Part shown: positions 1 to 13,318 of the stretch, in pieces
Position numbering within the stretch: position 1 is the stretch's first letter
Layout: each line of letters begins with the position of its first letter
Assembly: GCA_964035545.1 (NCBI GenBank)
Contig: OZ037766.1
Span: 9,972,722-10,036,721 of the forward strand
Source: Bugula neritina
Taxonomy: Eukaryota; Animalia; Bryozoa
DNA: 64,000 nt
Reading direction: 5' to 3'
The notes under the pieces: generated by a model
Databases searched by the model: none
What the model saw: the letters and a program-made list of their open reading frames with translations, nothing else
Told to the model about the DNA's origin: nothing
Program-made: the position numbers and the translations under genes

Positions 1-2
1 TG

Positions 3-782
3 GTCAATTACCGTAGGCGCCGCGGACAGGCTGATAAGCTGAAGCCTAAGTTCGTAGGCCCCTACGTGGTCGTCGAGGCTATGCCCAATCATACGTACAA
101 GATTGAGCGCTCAGGACAGGTGTCTATCCAGAATGAGTCTCGCTTGAAACCGTATTGGGCTAGCCCCGGCGGAGTGGGAGAAGCCCCCCCGTTGTTAGAG
201 CCCAGGAGGCAGACAACAACGCGCGGGCGACGGCGGCATGGACCTGAATACGAAGTGGTCATACCGCGGGAAGAAAACTTGGTGAGAGAGGAGCGGCAGC
301 TTTTGTCAACAGAAGCGTGTCCGCCACCGCCAAGTCTAATTCCATCACTTCCAGAAACCGAGCCGGTTCCGGAAGTGCAAACCCCCACGGAGGGAGGGGC
401 TCCATCCGGAGAACAAGAAGAGGTGACTGCTGACGGTGAAGTAGAGACGCCATTAGAGGCCCCTACTAACGAACCGGCAAGCGTGTCACCCCCCCTAGAA
501 AGGGGACAGCGTACGAGGCAACCCCCCGCATACTTGAAGGACTTCGTATGTGACTGCGTTAAAAGCGGCACACATGAAAGTCTAGGGGAAAACCGTACGA
601 GAAAAGAATCGAGCAAATGTGGGAGTTGTCAACACCACGGAAATATCAACTTTTGTATCGGCGGAAGTAGAAACAAAATTCATCCGCCGGGTGCACAAAG
701 TCTTAATCACGCACCCCAACCACGTTGCTCGATCTTTTCATACGCTGATGCAGTCAAGAGTAGACGTGTTTCTAAGCAGTAG
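3..782 (+). CDS. pol: Pol polyprotein C-terminus (integrase tail, Pro/Glu-rich linker, Cys-rich tail), partial
   Basis: KLKPKFVGPYVV integrase C-terminal (GPY/F) motif. Near-identical to element 2 Pol until about RQPPAYLKDFVCDC. Stop TAG at 780-782. Confidence 0.93.
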   Translation, partial: VNYRRRRGQADKLKPKFVGPYVVVEAMPNHTYKIERSGQVSIQNESRLKPYWASPGGVGEAPPLLEPRRQTTTRGRRRHGPEYEVVIPREENLVREERQLLSTEACPPPPSLIPSLPETEPVPEVQTPTEGGAPSGEQEEVTADGEVETPLEAPTNEPASVSPPLERGQRTRQPPAYLKDFVCDCVKSGTHESLGENRTRKESSKCGSCQHHGNINFCIGGSRNKIHPPGAQSLNHAPQPRCSIFSYADAVKSRRVSKQ

Positions 783-806
783 TTCAAACCATTTCACATA
801 TTCAGT

Positions 807-1883
807 ATGTCTTACGACAACAGATCGTGGGGTGAGTTAACTATATCTTAATACGAAACTAGATTGCATCGCTCAGCTCTGACTCACTGAGTCAATCGAG
901 CTGGAGATAGGTTAGTGAAATACCGTAGTAAGAACTCAGTTTGACTTAGAGATTTTTATAATCTCATTGCAATACGGTTCTATCTGACTATTCACTATCA
1001 TTAATCTCTACGAGGTAACTGAATTAGGAGTTGCCAAGCTGTTCAAGCTGACAACACAGCAGTGTACTGTACTAACACTGTTGAAACTTTTTCAGATTAC
1101 ACTCGACCCTCTACCACCAGGGTACGGGATAGAACACTTCCCGCTCCGTATCCGGAGGACTATGCTAGTGGTGACCGGCCTGAGCCACTACGCCGCCGTT
1201 GGCGGTGGGTGTCTCCACAAACCGAAGAAGAAATAGAAACAGCCTGGGGGTCCAGAGGACGGACGAGATGCCAGATCTGTGGTGAAGATTGCGCCTCTCA
1301 CCGTTCCCTTAAACTACACGTCAATGCTCATCTCCTACTAACATTCTGCCCCTGCGGGTACAATGATGTGTATCCCTACCCCGTCACCAGACACAGAGCG
1401 GCGGGCTGTTTCCCTGGAGAAAACTATGTGGTCGACGCTAAGCTGTACCCGGAGTTCCTCACACTTATACGACCTCTGGTGAAGAAGGCCATGCTATTAG
1501 CCGTTCTGTCCTCGGGGTTCCAACGTGTGTTAGACAACGCCCGCCAACAATCCCCGTTGGTGTCTGACCGCCCTCAAATTACATACACCCCCGAGGAAAT
1601 TACATATCCAGAAGAAGGAGAGATCTCCCCTACACCGGCGAAGAGACGAACCAGGTCCCCCAGTCCACCCTTGCGCCGCAGACGGACACCGTCCCCAGAC
1701 CCAGTACGCCTGGCTACAGTAGAAGAACGCCTCCTACGATTACAAGAAGAGTTCACCCAGCTGGCACCAGATCTACTTAACACTACCACAGGACTCTTCC
1801 AGCTAAAGGGATCCGTATGCCGTATGAAACGGAAACTGCGTACATGCCAAGCCAAGCACCGGCGTGCCCAACAAGGACTCTAG
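807..1883 (+). CDS. Element 1 accessory ORF3, spliced (exon 807-831 + exon 1096-1883; 270 aa): C2H2 plus CxC..H..C zinc fingers, basic/SP-rich patch, C-terminal coiled coil
   Basis: ATG807 + 8 codons + G | GTGAGT (832); TACTAAC at 1070-1076; TTTTTCAG ending at 1095. The join G|AT gives Asp in frame with the 1062-1883 ORF, which has no ATG of its own near its start. Motifs: CQIC-x12-H-x3-H, FCPCG-x11-H-x4-C, KRRTRSPSPPLRRRR, and heptads in LATVEERLLRLQEEFTQL. Confidence 0.85.
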
Positions 1884-2160
1884 TTAGACTACTCGGAGTA
1901 CTCCAACTCCGCCTCTTGGGAGAAGCCCAGATGTCATGTAAATGTTTGACTGCTTAACAGGTTATCCCCTGTCTAACACCACAGCTAGCTAGTATTCCTC
2001 GTCTATCTACAGCTGGCCAATTGTATGCAACGGATCGTTATAATGACTCTGTCTATTATTATGTCTCTTCCTGTATATTATGTATTATTTTGTCCACTGA
2101 TGTATGCAATTACTATTGAATGTTTTTTTTATATATATATCAGAAAGATGGCTTTCTGCT

Positions 2161-2171
2161 GGTGGGGGCGG
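2161..2171 (+). other. Polypurine tract of element 1
   Basis: GGTGGGGGCGG immediately 5' of the LTR TG; equivalent to GGAGGGGGCAG in element 2. Confidence 0.85.
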
Positions 2172-2476
2172 TGTGGTGGTTCGTGGAACTACCAGCAGCA
2201 CAACATGTAGGGTCGCGTAATTGACCCGGAACAATGGATAGCCAATTAGCGTAGTTGATAGTTAGCAGCAATTGTAGTTTCCCGCTGCTAACTCAGTCGA
2301 AGCTAGAGTGTGAAATAGATTAGATGTGTAACTTGTTAGAAATAATGTATCGTGTTTTTATGATGTATAGTTGTGAATAAAATATACTCGTTCACTCGAC
2401 TTAGCCTGGTGCAGTTCTATACTAGATAAATAGACTCTCTGGATAGCATATCAACCCTAATCTGAAAATTATAACA
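2172..2476 (+). repeat. 3' LTR of element 1 (305 bp)
   Basis: Begins TGTGGTGG and ends TCTGAAAATTATAACA, like the element 2 LTR. Contains AGCCAATTAGC, TCAGT (2293-2297) and AATAAA (2376-2381). Confidence 0.93.
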
Positions 2477-2874
2477 ATACATCGATTATTGATTGATGCA
2501 AAACAGCCTTATATCACGTCCCAAAAGCTACATTTAGCTGGCTCAGATATCTGCATGCCTCGCTGTAAAGATTACATAATTTTTGAAGGATAATTTAGCA
2601 TTAATTATTAAATTAGCTCCAAGATCATAGTTTGTGAGTTTTTCAACATTGAAGCATTTTTTCTTGTGAAATGTCACACCAGTATAATATTTTAAATGCT
2701 ATTTAGCAAGACCTAGCCTTCATATTTAAATATAAAAAAGCATTTTAATGCCAATTTATTTAACAGAACCAATTGGCAGGCAATTGGTGATGAAATATAT
2801 TTTTCTGGAAATTAGAACTTCATACAATGAATATATAGTTATTATCAACCAAATATAATAATATAAGTTCTTAC

Positions 2875-3085
2875 TTCTCCAACGGCCTGTAGCTGGTTGT
2901 ATTGCAGAAATAACTTCTGTCAACCTACGTTCAAACGCTTTTAAATCTACAACAAAGTTCAATAATGAATTAACCAACTAAAATACATATGAATGCTATG
3001 ATGATGCAATATAGAAATATCTGAAGAAAAAAACATATGGAACGTTAATAAAAATATTTTCACCTTCTGTTTGTTCATGAGACAT
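2875..3085 (-). CDS. CNEP1R1: Nuclear envelope phosphatase-regulatory subunit 1 (TMEM188), first two coding exons (3085-3064, 2946-2875); remaining exons presumably left of element 1
   Basis: The spliced translation [31 protein letters not shown] matches the conserved N-terminus (..[21 protein letters not shown]). GT-AG boundaries are in phase. Confidence 0.9.
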
Positions 3086-4172
3086 GATATAAAATTAGCT
3101 ACATGAATTTGTCCAAGTATAAACTCTTATTGCCTGACCAATGTGAGTAGATGGGTAAAATTCTTAGTGCCTTGATTACCATGCAGTATCCCTGTTCTAT
3201 AAATAGAAAGGATAAACTTGAGTATTGATATATCATAAAGAATATGAAGAGTTACAAAGGCTAATCCCATATGACTTCATTAGTCTGCCTAGACCTGAAA
3301 ACATCTCAGCAAAATCTAAGCAAAAATTTTGTGGGAAAATTAAAAATGTGAACAAATTTGTTATAACACTTTAGTAAAAATGAAGAGAGACAAGTATATT
3401 CGCTAAGCATGTTATATAGAGTATGTTGATATTTTTTATGTAAATGTAGTCAACTATGTGTGCTGCCTATTTGTAGTTTAACTAGCTTTTTACCTCAACC
3501 TACAATGGATAAAGGGGGCACTGATAGGTCAAAAAGTTTTGAATAGGTTTGAAGAGTAAAGTGTTAAATTCCGTTATATCAGCATTATCATCAAACATGA
3601 TGAGTTTTTTTAGAATATGACTTCACTTCACAGCTTTATTATGGACATGCATGTTGTGTTGTTATTTCCAGGGATAAAATTTGCTAAAAAATTTAGAGAT
3701 AAAATTTAGCTAAAATTGTAGATTTGACTAAATTGAAAATTTTTAATTGACTTGCTGCAAGTTGTTTAAATATAAGAAACTTTAAAGCCAAAAATTTATC
3801 AACAGAATATTTAGCTTCCACAGTCGGTGCTAAAAAAATAAATTGGTTAACATATACATAGCTCTTTAATAAAAATGTAAAGTAATTCGAGCGATTCACA
3901 ATCATTTCAATGCTGTTGGACAAAATCAAAAGTCGTAATGAGATGACATTTAACTCTTATGGTTATGGTTACTTTCAATATTATTTCTTGAAAGTGAATG
4001 CTAGCAAATTATAAAATCTTTTAAGTAACTCACAAATTTATTTGTATTTATTGTAATGGATTTTGGGGTTACCTCTTAAAGCTGTCTTTTCTTGTAATAA
4101 TATTTTATACGCTTATTTTGCACTCGATAGAATTGCCTTCCCTTACAATAATATTTTATACGTTTTAATTGT

Positions 4173-4432
4173 TGTCATGTAAACCCAATTTCGGCTGGAG
4201 TCCAGGGCTACGAAGTTCAGGGTGCCGATTCGGGCCGAGATCAGATAGAATATTTTAGAAGTCGCGGCGCCCGATTTCTAGAGTATATAAGGGGGCGGGC
4301 CTGCCATTATAGAACAGCCTACCATTGGAGCCAAAAGAGGACACACCACTGATAGACTTTTACACTTTTCTTCTGCTGCAATCAAGTATTATCTACACCT
4401 AGATATCGTCTTCTCTCTCTTTCATTACGACA
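4173..4432 (+). mobile_element. Possible solo/decayed LTR or promoter-like island with heat-shock-element-like motifs and a TATA box
   Basis: GC-richer island, TGTCA...TTACGACA ends, GAATATTTTAGAA, TTCTAGAG and TATATAAGGGGGCGGG. No matching TSD seen. Confidence 0.35.
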
Positions 4433-5319
4433 AGGAGTCATGTTCTCCAGTTAGCTTTTCCAACCCACAAAACTATCACAATATTACTAGGTAGCAACTA
4501 TCCACTGATTTCAGAACTTTTTTAACTAAATGCGTATTTAATTTCCTATTCATAACATTGCATTTACTTAAAGTTGATCATATTTTTGCAAGTCAACAGA
4601 AATTGACTCCAGTACATTCATGTTATTAAATATTATTATAATTGAAATATTTTTAAACATTATTTGATTTAATTTGTTTAGCCATTATCGTTGATTTGAG
4701 GTGACTATGACCTAACCCTACATGTTAAACATGCGTTGTACTTAGTCAATGTTATTACTTATTACCCATGATAAAAACGCACAAGGGTTTATAGTCATCA
4801 TCTATGTGAGTACCCTTGGAAAGGGTTTTTTAAGCAGGCTGCGAAATTTTTCATGGTAAATGAGAAATTATGACTGAATACCCCTCCTAATATCACCAAT
4901 GGCCTTTATTTTCTTCAGGCCACTGACCTCATGTGTACTAAGCCAGTGCTCCAAGCCTTAGACTACAACTGCTCTGAATATAAATGTTTAAATATATTAT
5001 ATACTTGAAAATTGAAATGTAAAATCAAAAGAATCAGTATGATTATTGTTACAATCGATATCATTTAAATGTGATCCTTATAATTATAATGACTGTTTTT
5101 AGCATTTGCCTTAAACTAGCACTTCATCTACTCAGTCTAAAAACAGAGAGAGCCAACAGATTTACTATTGACCTTAGAGTCTAGCCACAAATTTTACTTT
5201 AGAACTAGTCTTACTTTTAGTCGCTACTAAACTTTTCCTTTAACTTTTAAGTTTAGCTGTATACAATTAGTATTACAGTAAATTTTAGTTGGATACTAAC
5301 CAAAATCATAATCATTAAT

Positions 5320-6030
5320 TAATGAAATTAGTATTACTATTAGCCTAATACTAACCCTAATATTGATAGTAATAATAGTACTAAGACTTATACGAATACT
5401 AATAGTAATACTATTACTATAACTATTACTTTACTAGGTCTAATAGTAATAGTAATACTAATAGTAAATAATTTACTATTTGAGTATTACTATTAGTATT
5501 ACTATTACTATTAGTATTAACTTCAAACATTAACTACTACTATTAGTATAACTATAAGTATACTTAGTTACTACGTTTACTCTTAGTCTTAGTAATACTT
5601 ATAGCTATACTAATACTAATAGTAATACTAGTAAATGTAATACTCAGTCTCATACCAATACTTATACTGTAATACTAATACTAATAGTAATACAGTATAA
5701 CTATTACTAGTAATACTAATAGTAATACAGTATAACTATTACTAGTAATACTAATAGTAATACTAATAGTAATACTAATAGTATTACTATAACTACTACT
5801 ATTAGACTTAGTATTACTATTACTATTAGTATTACTATAAGTATAACTATTACGATAACTATTAGTATTAGTAATACTAATGCTAATAGTAATACTAATA
5901 GTAAATGTAAATGTAATACTAATACTAATAGTAATAGTAATACTAATAGTTCTAATAGTAATACTAATACTAATAGTAATACTAATACTAATAGAAATAG
6001 TAATACTAATAGTAATTACTAATTAGTAAT
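5320..6030. repeat. Degenerate AT-rich satellite of TAGTAA/TACTAA units in both orientations
   Basis: Runs of taatagtaatac and its complement gtattactatta are interleaved, with a local duplication of a ~35-nt block near 5680-5750. Confidence 0.85.
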
Positions 6031-7770
6031 TTTAGAAGATGATGAACTCTTTAAGTTTATTTAATAAAATAATACACGAAAAAAAAAGCTGAAATTAAAC
6101 TTTGCAATCTGATTCAGTATTTCATTTATTTGATTTTATTAATATCATAATTTATAACTATATCAGTATGAGTATAACTGTAGGTATAAGTACAAGTAAT
6201 TTACTATTGAATTTGATTAAAGATTAACGCAACTTTACATAGTGATGGGGACTAAGTTTATTATTATTTATATTGTATAAATTATTGCAATAATATTTTG
6301 TTCGTTGTATGTGGTGGATATTTGGACTAGCAAGGATAAACATCCAGACAATTTTCGATGTGCATTTTTAGAAGATAACTCCAAATAATTCATTAACGCT
6401 TTATCCATTCTGCATTGTGCCCTAACAGTAATTTATTATCAGGTTATCAATGAGATGTTAAATCACGAATTTTAAAATAATTATAGCTTTTTTAATTATG
6501 CAAACCTTTTTGCTTGAAAAGCTTTTGTCAAAGTTTATTAAATTTTTCTATAGCAAAAATGGTACATGAAGATTGTTTTCAAGAATATAAAATGACAGCA
6601 ACATCTATGCTGACAATCTGTCGCTGCAACAGAAAAACACTCACATTACCTCACTAGTTTTTACCAAGTACATTAACTAACAACTGAAGTGAATATAAAT
6701 TTCAACTACTGCTGCTTCTGATTCTTTTCTCTTAGATATATAATATATTATACATATTATACAGATTGCCTCGTAACCAACATAAAATTCACCTTGAAAA
6801 ATGCCCCAAATTTATTGAATGCACAGTAATTCTTCAACTACAGCTGACCCTTATATAATTAGAAGCTAATTGGCCACAGTAATCCTGTTTTGTTTTTGTT
6901 TTCAGAGACGTTCTCTGTGATCATATACTGCATATTAAAAATATATTTTTATAAAATATGTCTTACTTGATGGCAATAAATATTGCAGATTGATATGCTG
7001 AAATCTTATGCGATCTTTATGCACAATTGAGATATTATTGGTCATGTATGCATTTTCCAAGAAAATCTAGTGCATAAATTGCTCAGAACTGTGCGAAAAA
7101 TATTTTACCTCAGTAATTTATAGCTAAATGCACTCTATTCAGCAAGTCGATAGAAGGAAATGCAAAAAACCTCATCTCCAGACCTACACAATTTCCGATT
7201 GCAATGGCCAACCCCAACTCAAAAGTGCATCCATAAATGAGGCTGCAGAGAATTCAACCTCATGACGTTTCTGTTGCACACTTGGTTATATTACTGCCCC
7301 AACATAGTAGTGAAAGCAAAAGAAGTTCCGGGTCCTTCTTTGAGCAATGATATTTAAATATGAACTATTCAAGGGCACTATCTCTAATAAATGGGAAATA
7401 AATTACCTTTTGAACTTTTAGTGCATTTAAAAAATTTTGATTGCATAAGCATTGAGCAGGTTTTACTATTGAAATTTGATCAGCATCTTTCTTTTAATTT
7501 CATGAACACAACAAACTGCTTGGGTTGATAGTTTTCATATTTTATTTGAACATGTTGCGACCTATAAATGTGAACAGTAAACATCAGATATTACACATGA
7601 GCATTTTATACATGTATTACTATCTACTGCCATAGACCAGTCAGAAGTTGTAGATATTCTTCCTTTATCTGCTTTCTTAATTTATTTGTAACAGGGTAGA
7701 TGACAAGGTACAAGCTAGAGTTCTCAATATTAATGCAGTTCCAACAACCACAAAAAGATGATTGCACATA

Positions 7771-9597
<1,827 letters not shown>

Positions 9598-9670
9598 TTA
9601 CACCGAGAGCAAAGCAACTAAACGAACAACTTCCAAAAGACTGGACTGTCCTTGATGTGAACGGTTTACG

Positions 9671-9714
9671 TTTATATACCGCGGTAGCTTTGCCTTGGCT
9701 TTTACCATATAAGG
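9671..9714 (-). promoter_or_regulatory. Actin core promoter: TATA box and CArG (SRF) box
   Basis: TATATAAA on the minus strand at 9678-9671. CCATATAAGG at 9705-9714 fits CC(A/T)6GG, typical of actin promoters. Confidence 0.75.
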
Positions 9715-12700
9715 TAAGTAATGCTATCCAATAGTGTTCAGTTAGATCCTTCGCCGCGCGGCTCATATTTTAAATACGAATCAAACAATCGCCATACTTA
9801 GCTGCGAGCCTACTTAAAGTTCCGTGTTCCTGTTTCCGCTTGGTGGGTGTGTTCAAATTCGATGTTATTACGATAACAATTTACTATTTAGTCTAGTGAT
9901 CATATTGATTTTGAGATTTTACTTTTCAGTTTTCACAGCTTGTATGTTTATAACAATATTAAATAAATGGCAAACAAGCGTGTTTACTGGTTGCAACATT
10001 TAACCCTAAATTATAGCCCCATTCGCAATCTTTATAACAATTACAACGGGAAAATTATTATTAAAATATTATTATTATAAATTCAAACTAAAACTCAAGC
10101 CTCGAAGTCAAACTAAAATTGATAGAACATTTCTAACTTAAACTTAGAATCAAGTTGAGCCTCAAAATGAAAAATAACAGTTATTTTTATTTGCAGTTCT
10201 ATGTTAACAATAATTGATCTGATGGACATTATCAGTATAAGTATTACTATTAGTATTACTTATTAATATTGTTATTAGACCTACACTTTTAGTTCTATTT
10301 AATATTGTAATTTTAACTTCTGTTTCATACTTGTGTCTTGTCCTTGAACTTAAAGTTAACGTTTTTTTTTTATTTGTTAGAAATACTGTTAAACTCGCTT
10401 TTCCATCGTCATTTATGAGTTTGATGTATTCAATTTCATTCTCACTTTAAAGTTTATATTTCAAGATTAAGTTGATGTTATACTTATAGTATTAATTATA
10501 TTTTATTTGTGGGCATCTTAATAATAATTGCTTTTAAAAGGCACATGAATAAACTAGCAGTATACTTTATAACATAACAAATGCTTGGGAATAAGTATTG
10601 GAATAGCAACTACTTATTGTATAATAGTACAAGTCTTTTAATATTAATGTTTTGCTCAATTTTACTATTACTACTATTATTAGTATTAGATTTAGTTTTA
10701 CCTAAATAGAAATAGTGCTTGTAGTTGTAGTTAGTACCATACAATTTTTATTATAGTCATTCTGGACTAAAAAGTGGTTGAAACTACATTCTACAAATTT
10801 TAATTTAAAATATTTATAGGCACTGCGGTGTAGGATGCTAATAGTAATAGACCTAAGCTTGCTGTGTTACTTTGTGTGCCACTGGGTGATCTGTTTCTTC
10901 TGTTAAATTGAAAATAATGAAGCATGGATTGATATAAAGTTACATTATATAAATTGTTTGAAAGTTTTGTTCTTTGGTGGATTAGTGAATAGACTGAGAT
11001 TTTTATTGCAGTTTATCTGATGCCATTTGCAGGTAATTTGGTGGAAATCGATGAAGTGATTCGTTCTACAAATAAATCATCACAAATATGAGACAGCTTA
11101 TTTATTCTTTATTATGCGGAGAGAGTAGTCAAAGTTATTTGCTATACTGTTTGATCACTCTCTTAATATGCTCCCTCAGTTTAAAAACACAGCAATGTAT
11201 ATTTTATTAAGGGCTTGTAATTCAAAATAAAAGCATATCATTGGTGTAGTTGTAATTTATTCATAAAAGTATATTTCTTATATAAAAAGACCTATACTGA
11301 CCAGCTTGGCTTCTATATTCAGTATCTGACTTTGCACATCATTTTGCCAGTTCTACAATATAGCTTATAGATGCTATTATTTAAATAAAGCATTAGCAGA
11401 TACTACTACATTGCTATCTTAACAAGGTTCTGTTATAATAGCCTTAAAATGTAGCAGTGCATGCAAATAATTAGAGGGCAAAGATTCAGTAGGCTAGGCA
11501 TAATGATGAATATATTAGGTATAATAAATGTGAGCTGATGGGCAACGCTGCAATCTCTTTCCTTATTAGGAGGTGAACAATAAAGAGTCTACAAACCATT
11601 TTGAGTAGTCAATGATGCCTATTCTAAGCTAACTAAGCCTCTCTGAACACTAGCCATATTTACTTATATTTAGTAATTTATGAACAGACTGCCATAGTCA
11701 GCCTTTTTCTCGGTGTGTAATAATATTTATTTCATTATATTTCTGAGTCTTAATTAATTTCAAATAGTGTTTTTATACTTGTATCACTAGCCAACTTTAA
11801 CCAAATACTAAACAAATGTGTATTATGTTGAAACAGGCACCACCCAATTGTACACGTCCAAGCTTTTTCACATACTTTAGATTTTTTATGGAGTGTTAAA
11901 TAAAGCTGTGCTTGATTGGTGTTGATCTGCTGAACAAATATATGAATGCAGCAGCATAAAGCTTGTATATCAGAAACATATCATAAATAATATATGCTAA
12001 AATAATTTACTGGGGTTCTAAAATACAGTTACTACAAAATTTAAAAAACTATCTTCATTAAAGTTCTTAGTTACTGGGGTCATCTATTATAGGTAAACAG
12101 GCTATATTTTGAAATACTTGGAGATGTAGTCATTATTCTTTACCTTAACTTGTTGAGATGGAAAAGTGAAAAAGTCTTAGTATTTTAGTTCTAGCCTCTA
12201 TTGCCTCTTTAGCAGTTGGAAAATTGCTCAGGCAGCTTGATTTTCTTTGAAATGGGCATTATTTTAAAATTCTTTATCAAAGCTGCCCAATGTTTTTTAG
12301 CCTAGCATACATCATTGCACCATGATTCCCTAAAGTGGTTTACATCAAAGCCGTTCAATCTGAGCTCTTCAATTTCAGTGCAATTAGCAGATGTATTGCA
12401 TGAACACGCTACTTTATATGGATGCAAACGTGCTACAAATTAATTGTTTCCCACATAGTTATATCTACGCTGCCCTTCAGGCAGACTGCCATCCATTTGT
12501 TATAAAGCTAGCAAGCCCATAAAGGGAAGAATTTGGACTACATCATTTAATCCTTTGTTATGTGTTAATTATGTGTACATTTGCTGTCAGTGTGTGTTGG
12601 GTGAATGTCCTAAATTCTAAGCATTTTTACTGACAGTTCCTCTCCTACTGCTAATTTGACAATAAAGTTTTAAAATTTAATAGTGTGAGATTCCTTGTCA

Positions 12701-13182
12701 ACCCAAACACTAAGCTTTTTCATTCCAATAGCTGTTATGAGCTTAAAGCAAAATATAATGTACTTGCGCATGGCATAAGTAATTTTCACTGGGTAAAAAG
12801 CCTAACTTACGTAGTAAACTTCTCGTTTTTCCATTTTATGTTCATGAGGTAACCTCCACTCTTGCGGGTGTGGGTCCTTAGGTTCTGGCAATTTGAGATC
12901 AGCCAAGCCATATGAGCTTGAAGATGATGAGGCCAAGGGGCTTGCAGCCCTTCCATTAACCAAGGCATTTGCCATGTACGCAGTTTTTTAACTACAACAA
13001 AATCAGAACTTCTGTACTTTTAGCTTTTTTAATACCAACTGAAATTGTAAATATTTATAAGCGATTTCTGTTTATTCTGTTGTAGTTCTCAAAATTTAAT
13101 AACTTGTTTTTTAGTAGTTGCAGGATCACCAGTAAAGTAAAATTGTCATCATTATTTTATGCAGCTCACACCTATGTAATTA

Positions 13183-13318
<136 letters not shown>

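Larger units (their letters stand above)
1..2476 (+). mobile_element. Ty3/Gypsy LTR retrotransposon, element 1 (3' part only; 5' part lies outside the window)
   Basis: Bases 1-~495 align with 26197-~26690 of element 2 (about 8 substitutions by eye). They are followed by an accessory ORF, a polypurine tract (2161-2171) and an LTR TG...CA (2172-2476) homologous to the element 2 LTR. The right flank ATAC (2477-2480) is the probable 4-bp TSD. Confidence 0.95.

Noticed and set aside
89-616. Antisense ORFs over the pol tail (also 26285-26833) and other antisense/alternate ORFs within pol
   Set aside because: Shared only because the DNA is near-identical. GC-rich shadow ORFs with no motifs; an HBZ-like antisense gene cannot be supported.
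1062-1095. GTG start of the 273-aa ORF
   Set aside because: This stretch is the branch point and acceptor of the intron. The upstream ATG807 micro-exon explains initiation better.
12190-12540. Possible decayed SWIM/MULE transposase fragment on the minus strand (LHPYKVACSCNTSANC)
   Set aside because: Short, interrupted by stops and missing the His ligand. It needs a tblastn/HMM hit before it can be called.
12865-12995. GC-richer stretch ending in a T run, resembling a Pol III ncRNA or SINE
   Set aside because: No recognisable A/B boxes, cloverleaf or snRNA motif.
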